From: an uncultured Bryobacteraceae bacterium | GTDB taxonomy: Bacteria > Acidobacteriota > Terriglobia > Bryobacterales > Bryobacteraceae | Direction of reading: 5' to 3' | DNA length: 64,000 nt | NCBI GenBank assembly: GCA_964245395.1 | Contig: CAXTMN010000001.1 | Span: 56,552 to 120,551, forward strand | Notes under the pieces: model-generated | Told to the model about the DNA's origin: nothing | Seen by the model: only the letters and a program-made list of their open reading frames with translations | Database searches by the model: none | Shown: piece after piece, positions 45,017 through 54,183 of the stretch | Layout of the letters: the number at the start of each line of letters is the position of its first letter | Numbering within the stretch: position 1 is the first letter of the stretch | Position numbers and translations under genes: made by a program

Positions 45017-46389
45017 TGGCGGGCTTGGGCCAAAGTGGATTTTTCGCTTACGGGAGAGACGTCAGCGTAGGCGAGCCAGAAGCCCATCATCTCTTCGTTA
45101 CTCGGCTCACCCCAACGGATGGACTTAGTGGCATCGGGGTTTAACGGATTATTGACCGAATTGTCAAAGTAAGCCGTGGTAACTAACTTTGTTCCCTTGG
45201 GCAAAAGGAACTGATGTTGCAGAAAGTAAGTCTCCTGCCAGCGGAAATCATATTTAGGAACGTTAAAAATGAGTTCGCGATGACCGTCGGGGTAGATGGC
45301 TTCAGTTCTCATGCTCTTGCCCCGGAAATGCATGTGGGCAGTGTACGCAACGGCAGTGACATCTTTAGGGAGAACGAAACAGGAGGTCACACGATGATCG
45401 CCATCGTTGGGAGGAATCAGAAAGGCATTGTTCCAGATTTCGTACTGAGCGACCTCATGTTTGACAGGCTCTTTCGCGAAGACAAGACCGATGCTGGTGC
45501 GGTCGACAACCTGCTGATTGAGGCGATTACTGTAATGAATCTGGAACTGAAGATATGAACCGGCGGGGATGCGGAGAGCATAGCCGGCGGGCCGCGTTTC
45601 TGCAAGATGTCCGGGCAGGAAGATAGCAGGAACATGGTTGATACTGCCGGAGGACTCGCCCGGCAAGCCACTGCCGTCGGGCATAGAGCAGCCATCGTCT
45701 ACCACCGGAACTTCAGGGCGGAGATGGGTAAGCTTACCGGCCTTATAACGGTACTTGTCTCCTCCTTCCTGACTGGCGTGAGACGCAACAAACCCAGGAA
45801 CTTTGTCTGCGCTGACGACGCTGACGGTAGCGTGGTGCACGACGCGCTTATCGCCAGGGATGACCTCAGCTGAATGAACCCATTTGTCTTCAGTGAAGTT
45901 AGTGGGGACATAGATGTACTCGTAGGCATCCTGATCCCCAGCTGCAACGGCAGTTGCGGGAATGGTGAGAACGACATCAGGCTTAATGTGCCAACGATCC
46001 TGAAAGACCGGCGCCGGTGGGAGATCATCCGGATCTCCCTCTGGAGCCCCGCCTTTAGCCCAGGCAACGAGGGTGGCGATCTCAGAATCAGAGAGCCGCG
46101 GATCGTTTAGATAAGTGCCGACATGGGGATCAGCATGCCACGGGGGCATGACCCGTTGGACGACGGCCTGGCGGATCGCGGCGGCCCAGGGCCTCGCCTC
46201 TTTGTAGGTGACGAGCGACATGGGCGCGATATCGTTCGCGTGGTGACAGGTAACACAGCTTTTATAAAGGATAGGTGCAACATCTCTGGTGAAGGTGACC
46301 TGAACTTCAGCAGCCGGAGCAGCAGCTTCGAGGTAAGATCCCGCTGCAAGGAGAGAGCAGAGAGCAATTAACGAAGAACTTGGGAGCAT
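45013..46389 (-). CDS. heme c + PHM/DBH-like copper monooxygenase-fold protein
   Basis: The start was set at ATG 46389, giving the signal peptide MLPSSSLIALCSLLAAGS. CVTCHH is a heme motif. VVHHATV and AHMHFRGKSM reproduce the H-H / H-x-H...M copper-ligand pattern. The longer ORF to 46857 is antisense to the next gene. Confidence 0.65.
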   Translation of the reverse strand: MLPSSSLIALCSLLAAGSYLEAAAPAAEVQVTFTRDVAPILYKSCVTCHHANDIAPMSLVTYKEARPWAAAIRQAVVQRVMPPWHADPHVGTYLNDPRLSDSEIATLVAWAKGGAPEGDPDDLPPAPVFQDRWHIKPDVVLTIPATAVAAGDQDAYEYIYVPTNFTEDKWVHSAEVIPGDKRVVHHATVSVVSADKVPGFVASHASQEGGDKYRYKAGKLTHLRPEVPVVDDGCSMPDGSGLPGESSGSINHVPAIFLPGHLAETRPAGYALRIPAGSYLQFQIHYSNRLNQQVVDRTSIGLVFAKEPVKHEVAQYEIWNNAFLIPPNDGDHRVTSCFVLPKDVTAVAYTAHMHFRGKSMRTEAIYPDGHRELIFNVPKYDFRWQETYFLQHQFLLPKGTKLVTTAYFDNSVNNPLNPDATKSIRWGEPSNEEMMGFWLAYADVSPVSEKSTLAQARH

Positions 46390-46470
46390 GTTGCCATCTG
46401 ATGAGGATTTTATCGCAGCGCCCCGTTCTGACTGGACTATTGGGCCAAAGCAGGATAGGGTGCAGAGGGT

Positions 46471-47499
46471 ATGCGTTCCATGACGCCGGCAAGAACAGTA
46501 TTCACTTTCAGTATGGTTGTTTGCTCTTGCGCGATTCACATGCAAGCACAGCAGCTCAGCTATCTGAACAACAACCGTCCCATTGTGGATGCACACAATT
46601 GTTATCCGTACGAGGGCCGCTGGGCAGATCGAATTGACCGTGCGCTGAACACGGGTTTTCCGGTTGGCATTGAGCAGGACCTGGGATGGTACGTGGATCC
46701 AGCAACGGGGCGGGGGCGCGTGGTGGTCACACATACCCCAAAGACCACTGGCACGGAGCCGACTTTGCGAGAGTATTTTTTCGAGCGGGTACGGCCGCGG
46801 ATGGAGCGGGCGCTTGCTGAAGACGATCGGAGGCAATGGCCGTTGATCATCGTTCACTTTGACTTTAAAGACAACCAGAAGCCGCTACTGCAGGCTGTGT
46901 GGGACCTGCTTGGCGACTATCAACAATGGATAACGACAGCGACAAAAGGCCAGGACCCCCATGACTTGACGCCGTTTGAAGCGAAGCCCCTGATGGTGCT
47001 GACCGAAGACTCTGACGCGCAAGAAGAGGTGTTCTTCAACGAGGTTCCGGCGGGGTCGAAGCTGCGGCTGTTCGGCTCGGCACATACCGCGGTACCGGCA
47101 ACAAAAAACCAGCAAGAACTGATACACCTGGCAGCTACGTTACCGCCGTCTCAACTGCTAGTTGATAAACCGACTAACTATCGCCGATGGTGGAACAATT
47201 CCTGGTACGAGGTAGAGGAAGGTGGACAGCAGCATGCGGGTGACTGGAGTGTTGCAGATGCTGCCAGATTGCGCGCGTTGGTGGATCACGCGCATCGGCT
47301 GGGATATTGGATCAGGTTCTACACGCTGGACGGTTTTGCTGCGGGAACCGATCAAGGCTGGCTAAATCAATATAATTTTGGCTCGCTCGACGCTGCACGT
47401 GTTCGCTGGCAGGCGGCGATGGACGCGGGCGTAAATCTGATTGCCGGCGATCAATACGAGGATCTCTCGTTTGCGATACGTAACGGGCAGAAACGGTAA
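46471..47499 (+). CDS. secreted hypothetical protein (possibly PLC-like phosphodiesterase fold)
   Basis: Signal peptide. VDAHNCYPYEG resembles the AHN-x-Y start of PI-PLC-like barrels, which is weak evidence. Confidence 0.45.
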   Translation: MRSMTPARTVFTFSMVVCSCAIHMQAQQLSYLNNNRPIVDAHNCYPYEGRWADRIDRALNTGFPVGIEQDLGWYVDPATGRGRVVVTHTPKTTGTEPTLREYFFERVRPRMERALAEDDRRQWPLIIVHFDFKDNQKPLLQAVWDLLGDYQQWITTATKGQDPHDLTPFEAKPLMVLTEDSDAQEEVFFNEVPAGSKLRLFGSAHTAVPATKNQQELIHLAATLPPSQLLVDKPTNYRRWWNNSWYEVEEGGQQHAGDWSVADAARLRALVDHAHRLGYWIRFYTLDGFAAGTDQGWLNQYNFGSLDAARVRWQAAMDAGVNLIAGDQYEDLSFAIRNGQKR

Positions 47500-47527
47500 G
47501 GCGTCAGCAGAAGGGAGATAGCTGCAC

Positions 47528-48013
47528 ATGGTGACTGAAGCTTTGCCCGTCAGATCGCTTAAGAGAATCAATTACGCAAAGAGACTTCGGCAGCTGCACC
47601 TGTATCTGGGTACGCTGTTCGCGCCTTCGATTATCTTTTTTGCATTTTCAGGAGCCTTACAGTTGTTCAGCTTTCATGAGACGCGGCCCGGAAGCACGTA
47701 TCAGCCTCCGGCATGGATCGAACGACTGGCTCAAGTTCATAAGAAGCAAACAATGGCCTTGAAGCCGAAGAGGAGTGCGCCTGACAATCGCAGGCAAGCG
47801 CCCGAGCAGAAGAGGCCGCAGCCGGCTGACGTTCCTTCTGAAGTGAAGAGCGCGGCGGCGCTTAAGTGGTTCTTCCTGTCCATGTCAGCAGGATTGATTG
47901 TGACGACGGGGCTCGGGATTTACATGGCGTTTGCTTACAATCGAAGCGCTACAGTGACGTGGGCCTTATTGGTGGTGGGGACGATTGTGCCTGCGGCACT
48001 GGTCTTTTTCTAA
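47528..48013 (+). CDS. membrane protein (PepSY-associated-TM-like)
   Basis: Two hydrophobic helices (LYLGTLFAPSIIFFAFSGALQLF; WFFLSMSAGLIVTTGLGIYMAF) flank a basic linker. Confidence 0.5.
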   Translation: MVTEALPVRSLKRINYAKRLRQLHLYLGTLFAPSIIFFAFSGALQLFSFHETRPGSTYQPPAWIERLAQVHKKQTMALKPKRSAPDNRRQAPEQKRPQPADVPSEVKSAAALKWFFLSMSAGLIVTTGLGIYMAFAYNRSATVTWALLVVGTIVPAALVFF

Positions 48014-49503
48014 CCAAACGCAGTTTGCATGACGCCGCGGGGAGCGGATTCGCCGGTCCAGATTTCGAATTGACGCGCAGCCTGTTCGAGGAGCATCTCG
48101 GAGCCGTAAATTACGGTGCAGTTTTGTTCGAGGGCGCGCGTAACAAGCTGCGTTTCCTGTGGGTTGTAAACCATGTCGAGCACGATGCCAGCGGGAATGG
48201 CGCCCGGAAAGAGGCAGTCGTTCGTATGGGGATACATACCGACGGGCGTAGCGTGGACGAGAGCGTCGTAGCGGCTCGCTCGAGCTTCTTCAAGGGTCAT
48301 AGCCGCGCCTCTCGCGGAACGTGCGAGAGCTTGTATCCGTTTTAGATCACGGCCGGTTACGGTGACATTTGCGCCGGCATCGGCGAGGGCAATGGCGGCG
48401 GCTCGCGCTGCTCCTCCAGAGCCCACGACGAGAACAGAAGCATGAGGGAGGCGAAGACAACGGCTAAGGGGCTGGAGAACGCCATCGGCGTCGGTATTAG
48501 TCCCACGCCACTTGCCGCGTTTGCGCCAGACAGTATTCACGGCGCCGATCCGCTTGGCAAGGGGTTCGACGATATCAAGATGACGCAAGATCGACTGCTT
48601 ATGGGGAATGGTGACACTGAAGCCGCAGATGCCGAGTTCGACTGCAACGCCCATCCATTCAGCGAGCCGGGAGGGGGGGACCAGGAAAGGCAGGTAGACT
48701 GCATCGATCCGGCGGGCTTGGAAGGCGCGGTTATGAATCAGTGGAGACCTGGTATGGGAGACAGGATCGGCGATGACTCCATACACCTTAGAGTGCCTGG
48801 TGAGCTTTTCGCAACGAAAGAGCGATCGCATCAAGCGCGCGGGAATCTGCCCAGGCGCGGTGACGCCGTCCTGACAGGGAGCGGCATAGGTATATACGGC
48901 GCCGAGAGAGGGAGACAAGATGCGGGTGGGCAAGCCTGTTTCCGACATACAGAAGGCGACCAGGGGAGTTGCTCCGCTATGGTCTTTGAGAAAACGGATC
49001 AGGCGCAGATTATCGTTCGGTTTGCGGGCCGTCAGAACGATCTTGTAGACGTCAGCGGGTAGTTTTCGCAGGCGGCGCAAGACCGGATCGAGCGCCGGGG
49101 TGGTCTCAAAATTGTGATACGAGATGACCAGTACAGCTTTCTGCCGGAGCGCAGCCACGCCGGATTTTGCGAGCTCAGCAATTTCGATTTCAAGATCGAT
49201 TGCGGCTGCGCCCGCCTCGGCAGCACTTTGAAGTATGGCCAGTTGGGCCGCAGACGGACCTTCGAAATAGCCTCCACACGCTTTGGCGCGACAGGTAGCG
49301 AGGATGAAAGCGTCGGGATATTTGAGACAAAACTCGCGGATCAGGTCGAAGGCCGCGGAAGGGGCGTCCAAATAGTCCAGCCGGAATTCCAGAAACGTGT
49401 TGCCATCTTTGTATTCAGATTCTGCGGCGCGGGACAGGCCGGAAACGGTGGGAAGGCCAAGGGCAACACAAATGCGCGGAAGGGAATGCGGAAGCGACGG
49501 CAT
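48010..49503 (-). CDS. bifunctional type I 3-dehydroquinate dehydratase / shikimate 5-dehydrogenase
   Basis: N-terminal half: ICVALGLPT...LEFRLDYL...SYHNFE (AroD type I). C-terminal half: VYGVIADPVSHTRSPLIHNRAF...VVGSGGAARAAAIAL (AroE). The start was set at ATG 49503. Confidence 0.8.
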   Translation of the reverse strand: MPSLPHSLPRICVALGLPTVSGLSRAAESEYKDGNTFLEFRLDYLDAPSAAFDLIREFCLKYPDAFILATCRAKACGGYFEGPSAAQLAILQSAAEAGAAAIDLEIEIAELAKSGVAALRQKAVLVISYHNFETTPALDPVLRRLRKLPADVYKIVLTARKPNDNLRLIRFLKDHSGATPLVAFCMSETGLPTRILSPSLGAVYTYAAPCQDGVTAPGQIPARLMRSLFRCEKLTRHSKVYGVIADPVSHTRSPLIHNRAFQARRIDAVYLPFLVPPSRLAEWMGVAVELGICGFSVTIPHKQSILRHLDIVEPLAKRIGAVNTVWRKRGKWRGTNTDADGVLQPLSRCLRLPHASVLVVGSGGAARAAAIALADAGANVTVTGRDLKRIQALARSARGAAMTLEEARASRYDALVHATPVGMYPHTNDCLFPGAIPAGIVLDMVYNPQETQLVTRALEQNCTVIYGSEMLLEQAARQFEIWTGESAPRGVMQTAFG

Positions 49504-49640
49504 GAGACGCGGGTGCAGCCTAGCGGTTACAACTGGAACAGGATAGCAGGAAGATGCAGGGTCGACTGGTGCATCAGGTGCTGGTACTTCTGATTGATTC
49601 CGTCTAAAGATCCTGCCCCGAGCGCGCGATAAGGTACTCA

Positions 49641-51320
49641 ATGGAGACAATTAGGCTGTTGTGGGTGATGGTCGATTCCCGGTTTCTTGGCGCATGTCTG
49701 GCGTTATTTCTTGCCGGGGCGAGTCGGACTCAGGATCTCCAGACAAGATTCGATCAACGAGGGATTGCCCGGCTTTCTTACCGGGGCGCTGTACTGGTCG
49801 ATCTGGATAGCGGAGTGGGCGATGCTTTCTCGGTAGGCGGCTTCAAATTAGGGGATAAGTCCGGCGGTTGGGGTGCAAACGGGAAGAAAGCTGAATGGAA
49901 CGCCGCTGACCAGGTACTGACCTGGACGTGGGACTGGGGCAGCATTCGCTGTCGCTTTGAGGCACCTTCGAAAAAGGACGAGTTACGGCTCAAGATTGCG
50001 ATTGAGAACAAGAGCGCGCAAGATCTTCAAGAGATCAATGTGTATCCGCTGGGGTTGATGTTCCCGCAGCTGCCGAGCGGTTTCGGCGCTGCAAATTACC
50101 CGCAGTTTCGTAATAATCTACAGGGACCTGCGGTTCTGGAAGCTGACTATGGGTCGGGAGCGATGGTGCTAGCGAATGAGGATGCGAAGCCACTGTATGT
50201 GGGACTGAGTCCGTCGGGTCCGGCAAATCATTACCAGATACAGATTGGGACGGCAAACGACTCCAGCGAGGGATATTTGGCCAAAGCTGTGCCGCTAAAT
50301 CGGAGGGTATTCGCGGGCAAAACGGAAGAGTTCAGCGTGGTGCTCCGATTTGCACTTTCAGGGACGAAGGCGCAAGTACTGGCGGGGGACATCTTTAAAA
50401 GTTATGGCCAAGCCTGGCCGCAGACTTTGAAGTGGGACGACCGGAGGCCGATTGGAGAACTCTTCATGACCAATCCGACGACTGCTCCCCTTTCGGGTGC
50501 GAGCGCGAATCCGAGAAATTACACGGTTGCAAAGGGAACTGACATTAGAACGCCGGAAGGGGTAGCGACGTTTCGAGAATGCGTTATGCGGTACGCCGAG
50601 AACGCAGTGAGGATCTTGAAAAACATGAATGCGCAGGGCGCAATCGTGTGGGATTTGGAGGGCCAGCAGTTTCCGCAGCCGGATACGAGCTATGTCGGAG
50701 ACCCGCGACAACTGGCAAAGCTATCACCTGAAATGGACAGCGTTGCGGATGCGTTTTTCAAGACGTTCACGAGTGCCGGACTAAAGTGCGGACTGACGAT
50801 CCGGCCACAAGAGCTGGATTTCTCGGCGAGTACTCCAGTCCAAAAGGACGTAGCTGCGGGTCAGCAATCCGCATCGCTGATAGTAAAGATGAGTTACGCC
50901 CGTAAGCGGTGGGGCTGCACAATCTTCTATGTTGACTCTAATGGAGGACCGCTGGACGCGACTGCGCCGGCTGTTTTTGGCCAGGTGCAGAAAGCCTTGC
51001 CGGACGTGCTGGTGATTCCGGAGAATACCTGGCCGAAAGATCATGCGTACACCGCGCCGCTAGCAAGTTTCACCGCGCCCTACAAGCCTCTCCATACGCC
51101 GGCGGAGGTTCAGGCGATCTGGCCGCATGCCTTTACGGTGACCTATGTTGGCGATGCTCCAAACGGGGATCTCAAGAGCAATCCCAAGAATCCGGGGCAA
51201 TGGGCCGAGTTTGTCAGTGCTGTTAAGAAGGGTGACATTCTAACGTTTCGGGCGTGGTTCGATGATTCGGTGCTGAATCGGCAGGTGCGTGAGATTTATG
51301 CAGAGGCAGGCCGGCGGTAA
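49641..51320 (+). CDS. secreted hypothetical protein (possible TIM-barrel glycosidase-like C-terminal half)
   Basis: 559-aa ORF with the signal-like FLGACLALFLAGASRTQD. No firm motif. Its last ~30 nt belong to the 360-bp direct repeat. Confidence 0.5.
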   Translation: METIRLLWVMVDSRFLGACLALFLAGASRTQDLQTRFDQRGIARLSYRGAVLVDLDSGVGDAFSVGGFKLGDKSGGWGANGKKAEWNAADQVLTWTWDWGSIRCRFEAPSKKDELRLKIAIENKSAQDLQEINVYPLGLMFPQLPSGFGAANYPQFRNNLQGPAVLEADYGSGAMVLANEDAKPLYVGLSPSGPANHYQIQIGTANDSSEGYLAKAVPLNRRVFAGKTEEFSVVLRFALSGTKAQVLAGDIFKSYGQAWPQTLKWDDRRPIGELFMTNPTTAPLSGASANPRNYTVAKGTDIRTPEGVATFRECVMRYAENAVRILKNMNAQGAIVWDLEGQQFPQPDTSYVGDPRQLAKLSPEMDSVADAFFKTFTSAGLKCGLTIRPQELDFSASTPVQKDVAAGQQSASLIVKMSYARKRWGCTIFYVDSNGGPLDATAPAVFGQVQKALPDVLVIPENTWPKDHAYTAPLASFTAPYKPLHTPAEVQAIWPHAFTVTYVGDAPNGDLKSNPKNPGQWAEFVSAVKKGDILTFRAWFDDSVLNRQVREIYAEAGRR

Positions 51321-51678
51321 CCAGGCCGGTCCGATCGTGCCGGTCCGATCGTGCCGGTCCGATCGTGCCCGTCCTAGGAAGCGATCCACAGATGGCTACC
51401 AAAATGAGGCGAGTTCTCATGGTCCATAGGGAGGCAAAACAGGCAAATAGCTGGTAGAATTATCACCAACCTCGTTCTCGGCTCCATTTTGGTTATCATC
51501 GTGCACTTGAGGTGAGCGGCACGAGAAGGAATGTTCCGGCCTGAGCGCTTTCGCCCTTCGGCCCCAGGTTGATTCAAGTTTGTCCGATGCGCATTTGTCC
51601 CGCTTGTAATGCTCCCAATATGGACGGTGTCCTTGCCTGTGAGAGCTGTAGTTCTACCCTGCCTCCTGATGCAGACAC
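51291..51678. repeat. direct repeat copy 1 (360 bp + two extra 14-bp units)
   Basis: By manual comparison it is identical to 54184..54543 except for the 14-bp tandem expansion. Confidence 0.9.
51326..51367. repeat. 3 x 14-bp tandem repeat ccggtccgatcgtg
   Basis: Three perfect units here versus one unit in the other repeat copy (about 54219..54232). Confidence 0.9.
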
Positions 51679-51709
51679 AGTCGTCCGGGTCGCCGGATCG
51701 AGACCCTGA
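51587..51709 (+). pseudogene. duplicated 5' stub of the Ser/Thr kinase gene
   Basis: Encodes MRICPACNAPNMDGVLACESCSSTLPPDADTV, identical to the start of 54452..56875, then diverges and stops. Confidence 0.8.
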
Positions 51710-51842
51710 CGAATCGCCTCAAACTGCTCCAACTGCACTTCCCCGGCCAGGCCCAGCATCTCGGCTCCATGGCCCAGCCACTGGCCCAATAACTTCCTCG
51801 TTCTGGGCGTAGTAGTCGTTGGCTGCTAATGCTGCGAAGCAT
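51679..51842 (-). pseudogene. MobF/TrwC-type relaxase N-terminal remnant
   Basis: Spread over three frames: MLRSISS..., AANDYYAQNEEVIG, QWLGHGAEMLGLAGEVQLEQFEAIRQGLDP. This matches the relaxase N-terminal pattern YY...G-x-W-x-G-x-GA-x2-LGL-x-G-x-V. It is cut off at the repeat junction. Confidence 0.55.
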
Positions 51843-51900
51843 ACGTCGCTCCTCTGGTCAAAGCGCGGATCGAAGCGCGGATCGTCAGCACAGGTTTCCA

Positions 51901-52233
51901 TTACCGACCGAAGAACGTGCCCGGATCCGGACCGAAGGAGCCATCCGGAAAGCGGCGCCGGGGCAAAGGAGGGATAGTCATTCCAAATTTTTGATGCCAG
52001 CGGGTCCAGGCCTCTCCGGTAAAAACGCCACTCGGCGCATGCTCGAGGGCGTTCCGGAATTCGCTTTCGGGAATGTATTGCTCGACAACGGCTACATCGC
52101 TGGCCGATCCGTACACCATCAGGTGAACCAGTAGCGTCGGCAGATCTTGCAGAGTGTGTTCGGGGGCGTTGAACCAAACTACTTTGCGGGCAATGCGGAG
52201 TAACTCGGGCGGATAAGGCTGGGGCAAGGTCAT
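51901..52233 (-). CDS. hypothetical protein coupled to the AbiEii-like gene
   Basis: 110-aa ORF. Its ATG overlaps the upstream stop (ATGA). No motif recognised. Confidence 0.5.
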   Translation of the reverse strand: MTLPQPYPPELLRIARKVVWFNAPEHTLQDLPTLLVHLMVYGSASDVAVVEQYIPESEFRNALEHAPSGVFTGEAWTRWHQKFGMTIPPLPRRRFPDGSFGPDPGTFFGR

Positions 52234-52932
52234 TGGGTTTTCCCCTCCGTGGTGAAACCGGATTGAGCGGGCAAACTGGGCAAGTGGGCGACATTCACTT
52301 GCTGAGCCCTGCGGGCCAGGTCGCGTTGCATCGCTTTCGGAACTTGAGCCAGGGTGCCATCTCCAAAGAACTGTAAAGCCCGGATACTGAGGGCGGGAGA
52401 AAAGCGAGAGTCGATAGCGCGAGCGGCGGCCAAAGCTGTAGGAAAGTCAATGCCATGGGTGGCTAAGGCATGAAGATCGACGTAATCTTTCCAGCTGCCC
52501 CGGACTTGAACCACGCGCATTTTCATACCGGCCAGGTCCACTAGGGAAGCAACTTGCATCTGCGAACCTGTGGGACGACGGGGATTTTCTACCCGCCGCA
52601 AGGTATCAAGGCCACCGAAGAAGGCGAGTTTGACCGGAGCTTCCGCGACGCTCAACATACCCTTCCAGGTTGTTTGCTTTGTAGTGAACCCAATTCGTAG
52701 AAGTGCTCTTATCGAGCGAGCGAAAGAAAGGAAGACGCGCATGCAGCTGATCCGGGTGGAAGCCTAGGGAGGAGAAAAAATCAAAATCTTTCGAGATCCG
52801 ATGGCCCAGCTGTAAAGCGAGTGCCGTTCCACCGTAAAGCACAAATTCCGCCGGCACAGTATCCAGCTCGGGCCAAAGTGCCCGTTGCGAAGCAGGCAAA
52901 ATCTCTAGCCGGGGCGAGAAGGAGACACTCAT
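52230..52932 (-). pseudogene. AbiEii/AbiGii-family nucleotidyltransferase toxin gene, one frameshift
   Basis: N-terminal part: EFVLYGGTALALQLGHRISKDFDFF (52932 down to about 52700). C-terminal part in another frame: ...VQVRGSWKDYVDLHALA... (52742..52230). Confidence 0.65.
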
Positions 52933-53030
52933 CGGCAATCCGGAGCGAGAGCCATGCCGCAGTATAGCCGACTGTAGAAGCAATGTAAGAGAAAAAACAC
53001 TGTCATCCGTTGAAAGTGTAACCTGGAATC

Positions 53031-54103
53031 GTGCTGCGCTTGGGTGGCGGGCTTTTCTACGACACGGGACTTGGGTCAATCATCGATCCAGTGAACGCTT
53101 CGCCCTTCTCCACGTGGCGGTACGCACCCTCTCCTGCTGCTGCGGTACCGCCCGGTTCGGGCGAAAGCATTCCAGTACCCAAACTGAAACTGCCGCAAAT
53201 CATTGAATGGCGAACATCGATCAGCAAATCCGTCGGTGAGAGTTTGCAGTTTTCACTTGCCTATCTCGGATCGTCCGGCCGTTCTCTCCTGAGGCAGGAG
53301 GCGAAATTTTACAATCGGTCGTCTACACCAGTTTTGCGCGGTCGAATTATCAAGCTCTGCAAGCTCAATATACCGGTCATATCACCTCCAAGCTGTACGC
53401 GCTACTGTCCTATACTTGGGCACATTCGATCGACACTGGTTCCCAGAGCTCTTCGGTATTTCTAGACTTTCCCGGGTATAACGATCACAATGATCGAGGT
53501 TCATCCAGCTTCGATCTGCGCCATCAATTTAACGGGTCTTTCACTTATCAGCTACCCTCGTTCTCGAAGGCCGGGCGCGCTAACTTGTGGTCAAAAGGAT
53601 GGAATCTCAGCAGTACCGTGCAGGCCCATACCGGCTTCCCGTTCGATGTCACGACGGTAGACAGATCGCTGGGACTCGGGTTTGCGAACAGCAAACGGCC
53701 TGATCTCGTTTACGGTCAGCCTCTGTGGATTGCGAACAACGCCGTTCCGGGCGGCCGAGAGTTGAACGCGACTGCTTTCCAAGCTACATCGGGTGCCGTC
53801 TCGGGCACGCTGGGAAGAAATGTGCTGACAGGAAGCGGCTTGTTTCAAATCGATGCAAGCTTGCGGCGACAATTGCGCTTGTACCGGGCGAGTTCTCTGG
53901 AATTCAGTGCGACGGCGTTTAACTTATCCAACCAGGCGAGCTTTTCAAATCCAGTCAGCTATCTCGGGAGCGCCCTGTTCGGCCGTCCAATCTCTATGCA
54001 GAGCCTGATGCTTGGGTCGGGCAGCCCCACGACCGGTCTCACCCCGCTTTTCCAGTCGGGCGGCCCACGAACGGTCGAGTTGAGTGTAAAATTCAACTTT
54101 TAA
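53031..54103 (+). pseudogene. 3' fragment of a large TonB-dependent-receptor-like outer-membrane protein gene, frameshifted
   Basis: LRLGGGLFYDTG..., NYQALQAQYTGHITSKLYALLSYTWAHSIDTGS..., and the terminal ...GGPRTVELSVKFNF are typical of the C-terminal barrel of Acidobacteria-type receptors of about 1100 aa. Only about 350 codons remain, with a frame change near 53300. Confidence 0.65.
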
Positions 54104-54183
54104 GGTGTCTTAGCCCAGTCGACCCAAGTCAAATTTGCAGAACTTGACAGCACAACTTTCAGGTTTTCCCGTTCTTAAAACGG

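Noticed and set aside
46390-46857. 156-codon N-terminal extension of the heme/Cu-monooxygenase-like ORF
   Set aside because: The extension is antisense to the start of gene 46471..47499 and has no signal or domain features. The internal ATG 46389 gives a proper signal peptide.
49504-49650. N-terminal extension of the AroD-AroE ORF
   Set aside because: The Arg/Pro-rich extension overlaps the divergent gene start. The AroD homology begins just after Met 49503.
51326-51367. Possible CRISPR-like array
   Set aside because: The units are 14 bp, directly abutting with no spacers, and there are only three copies. It is a simple VNTR.
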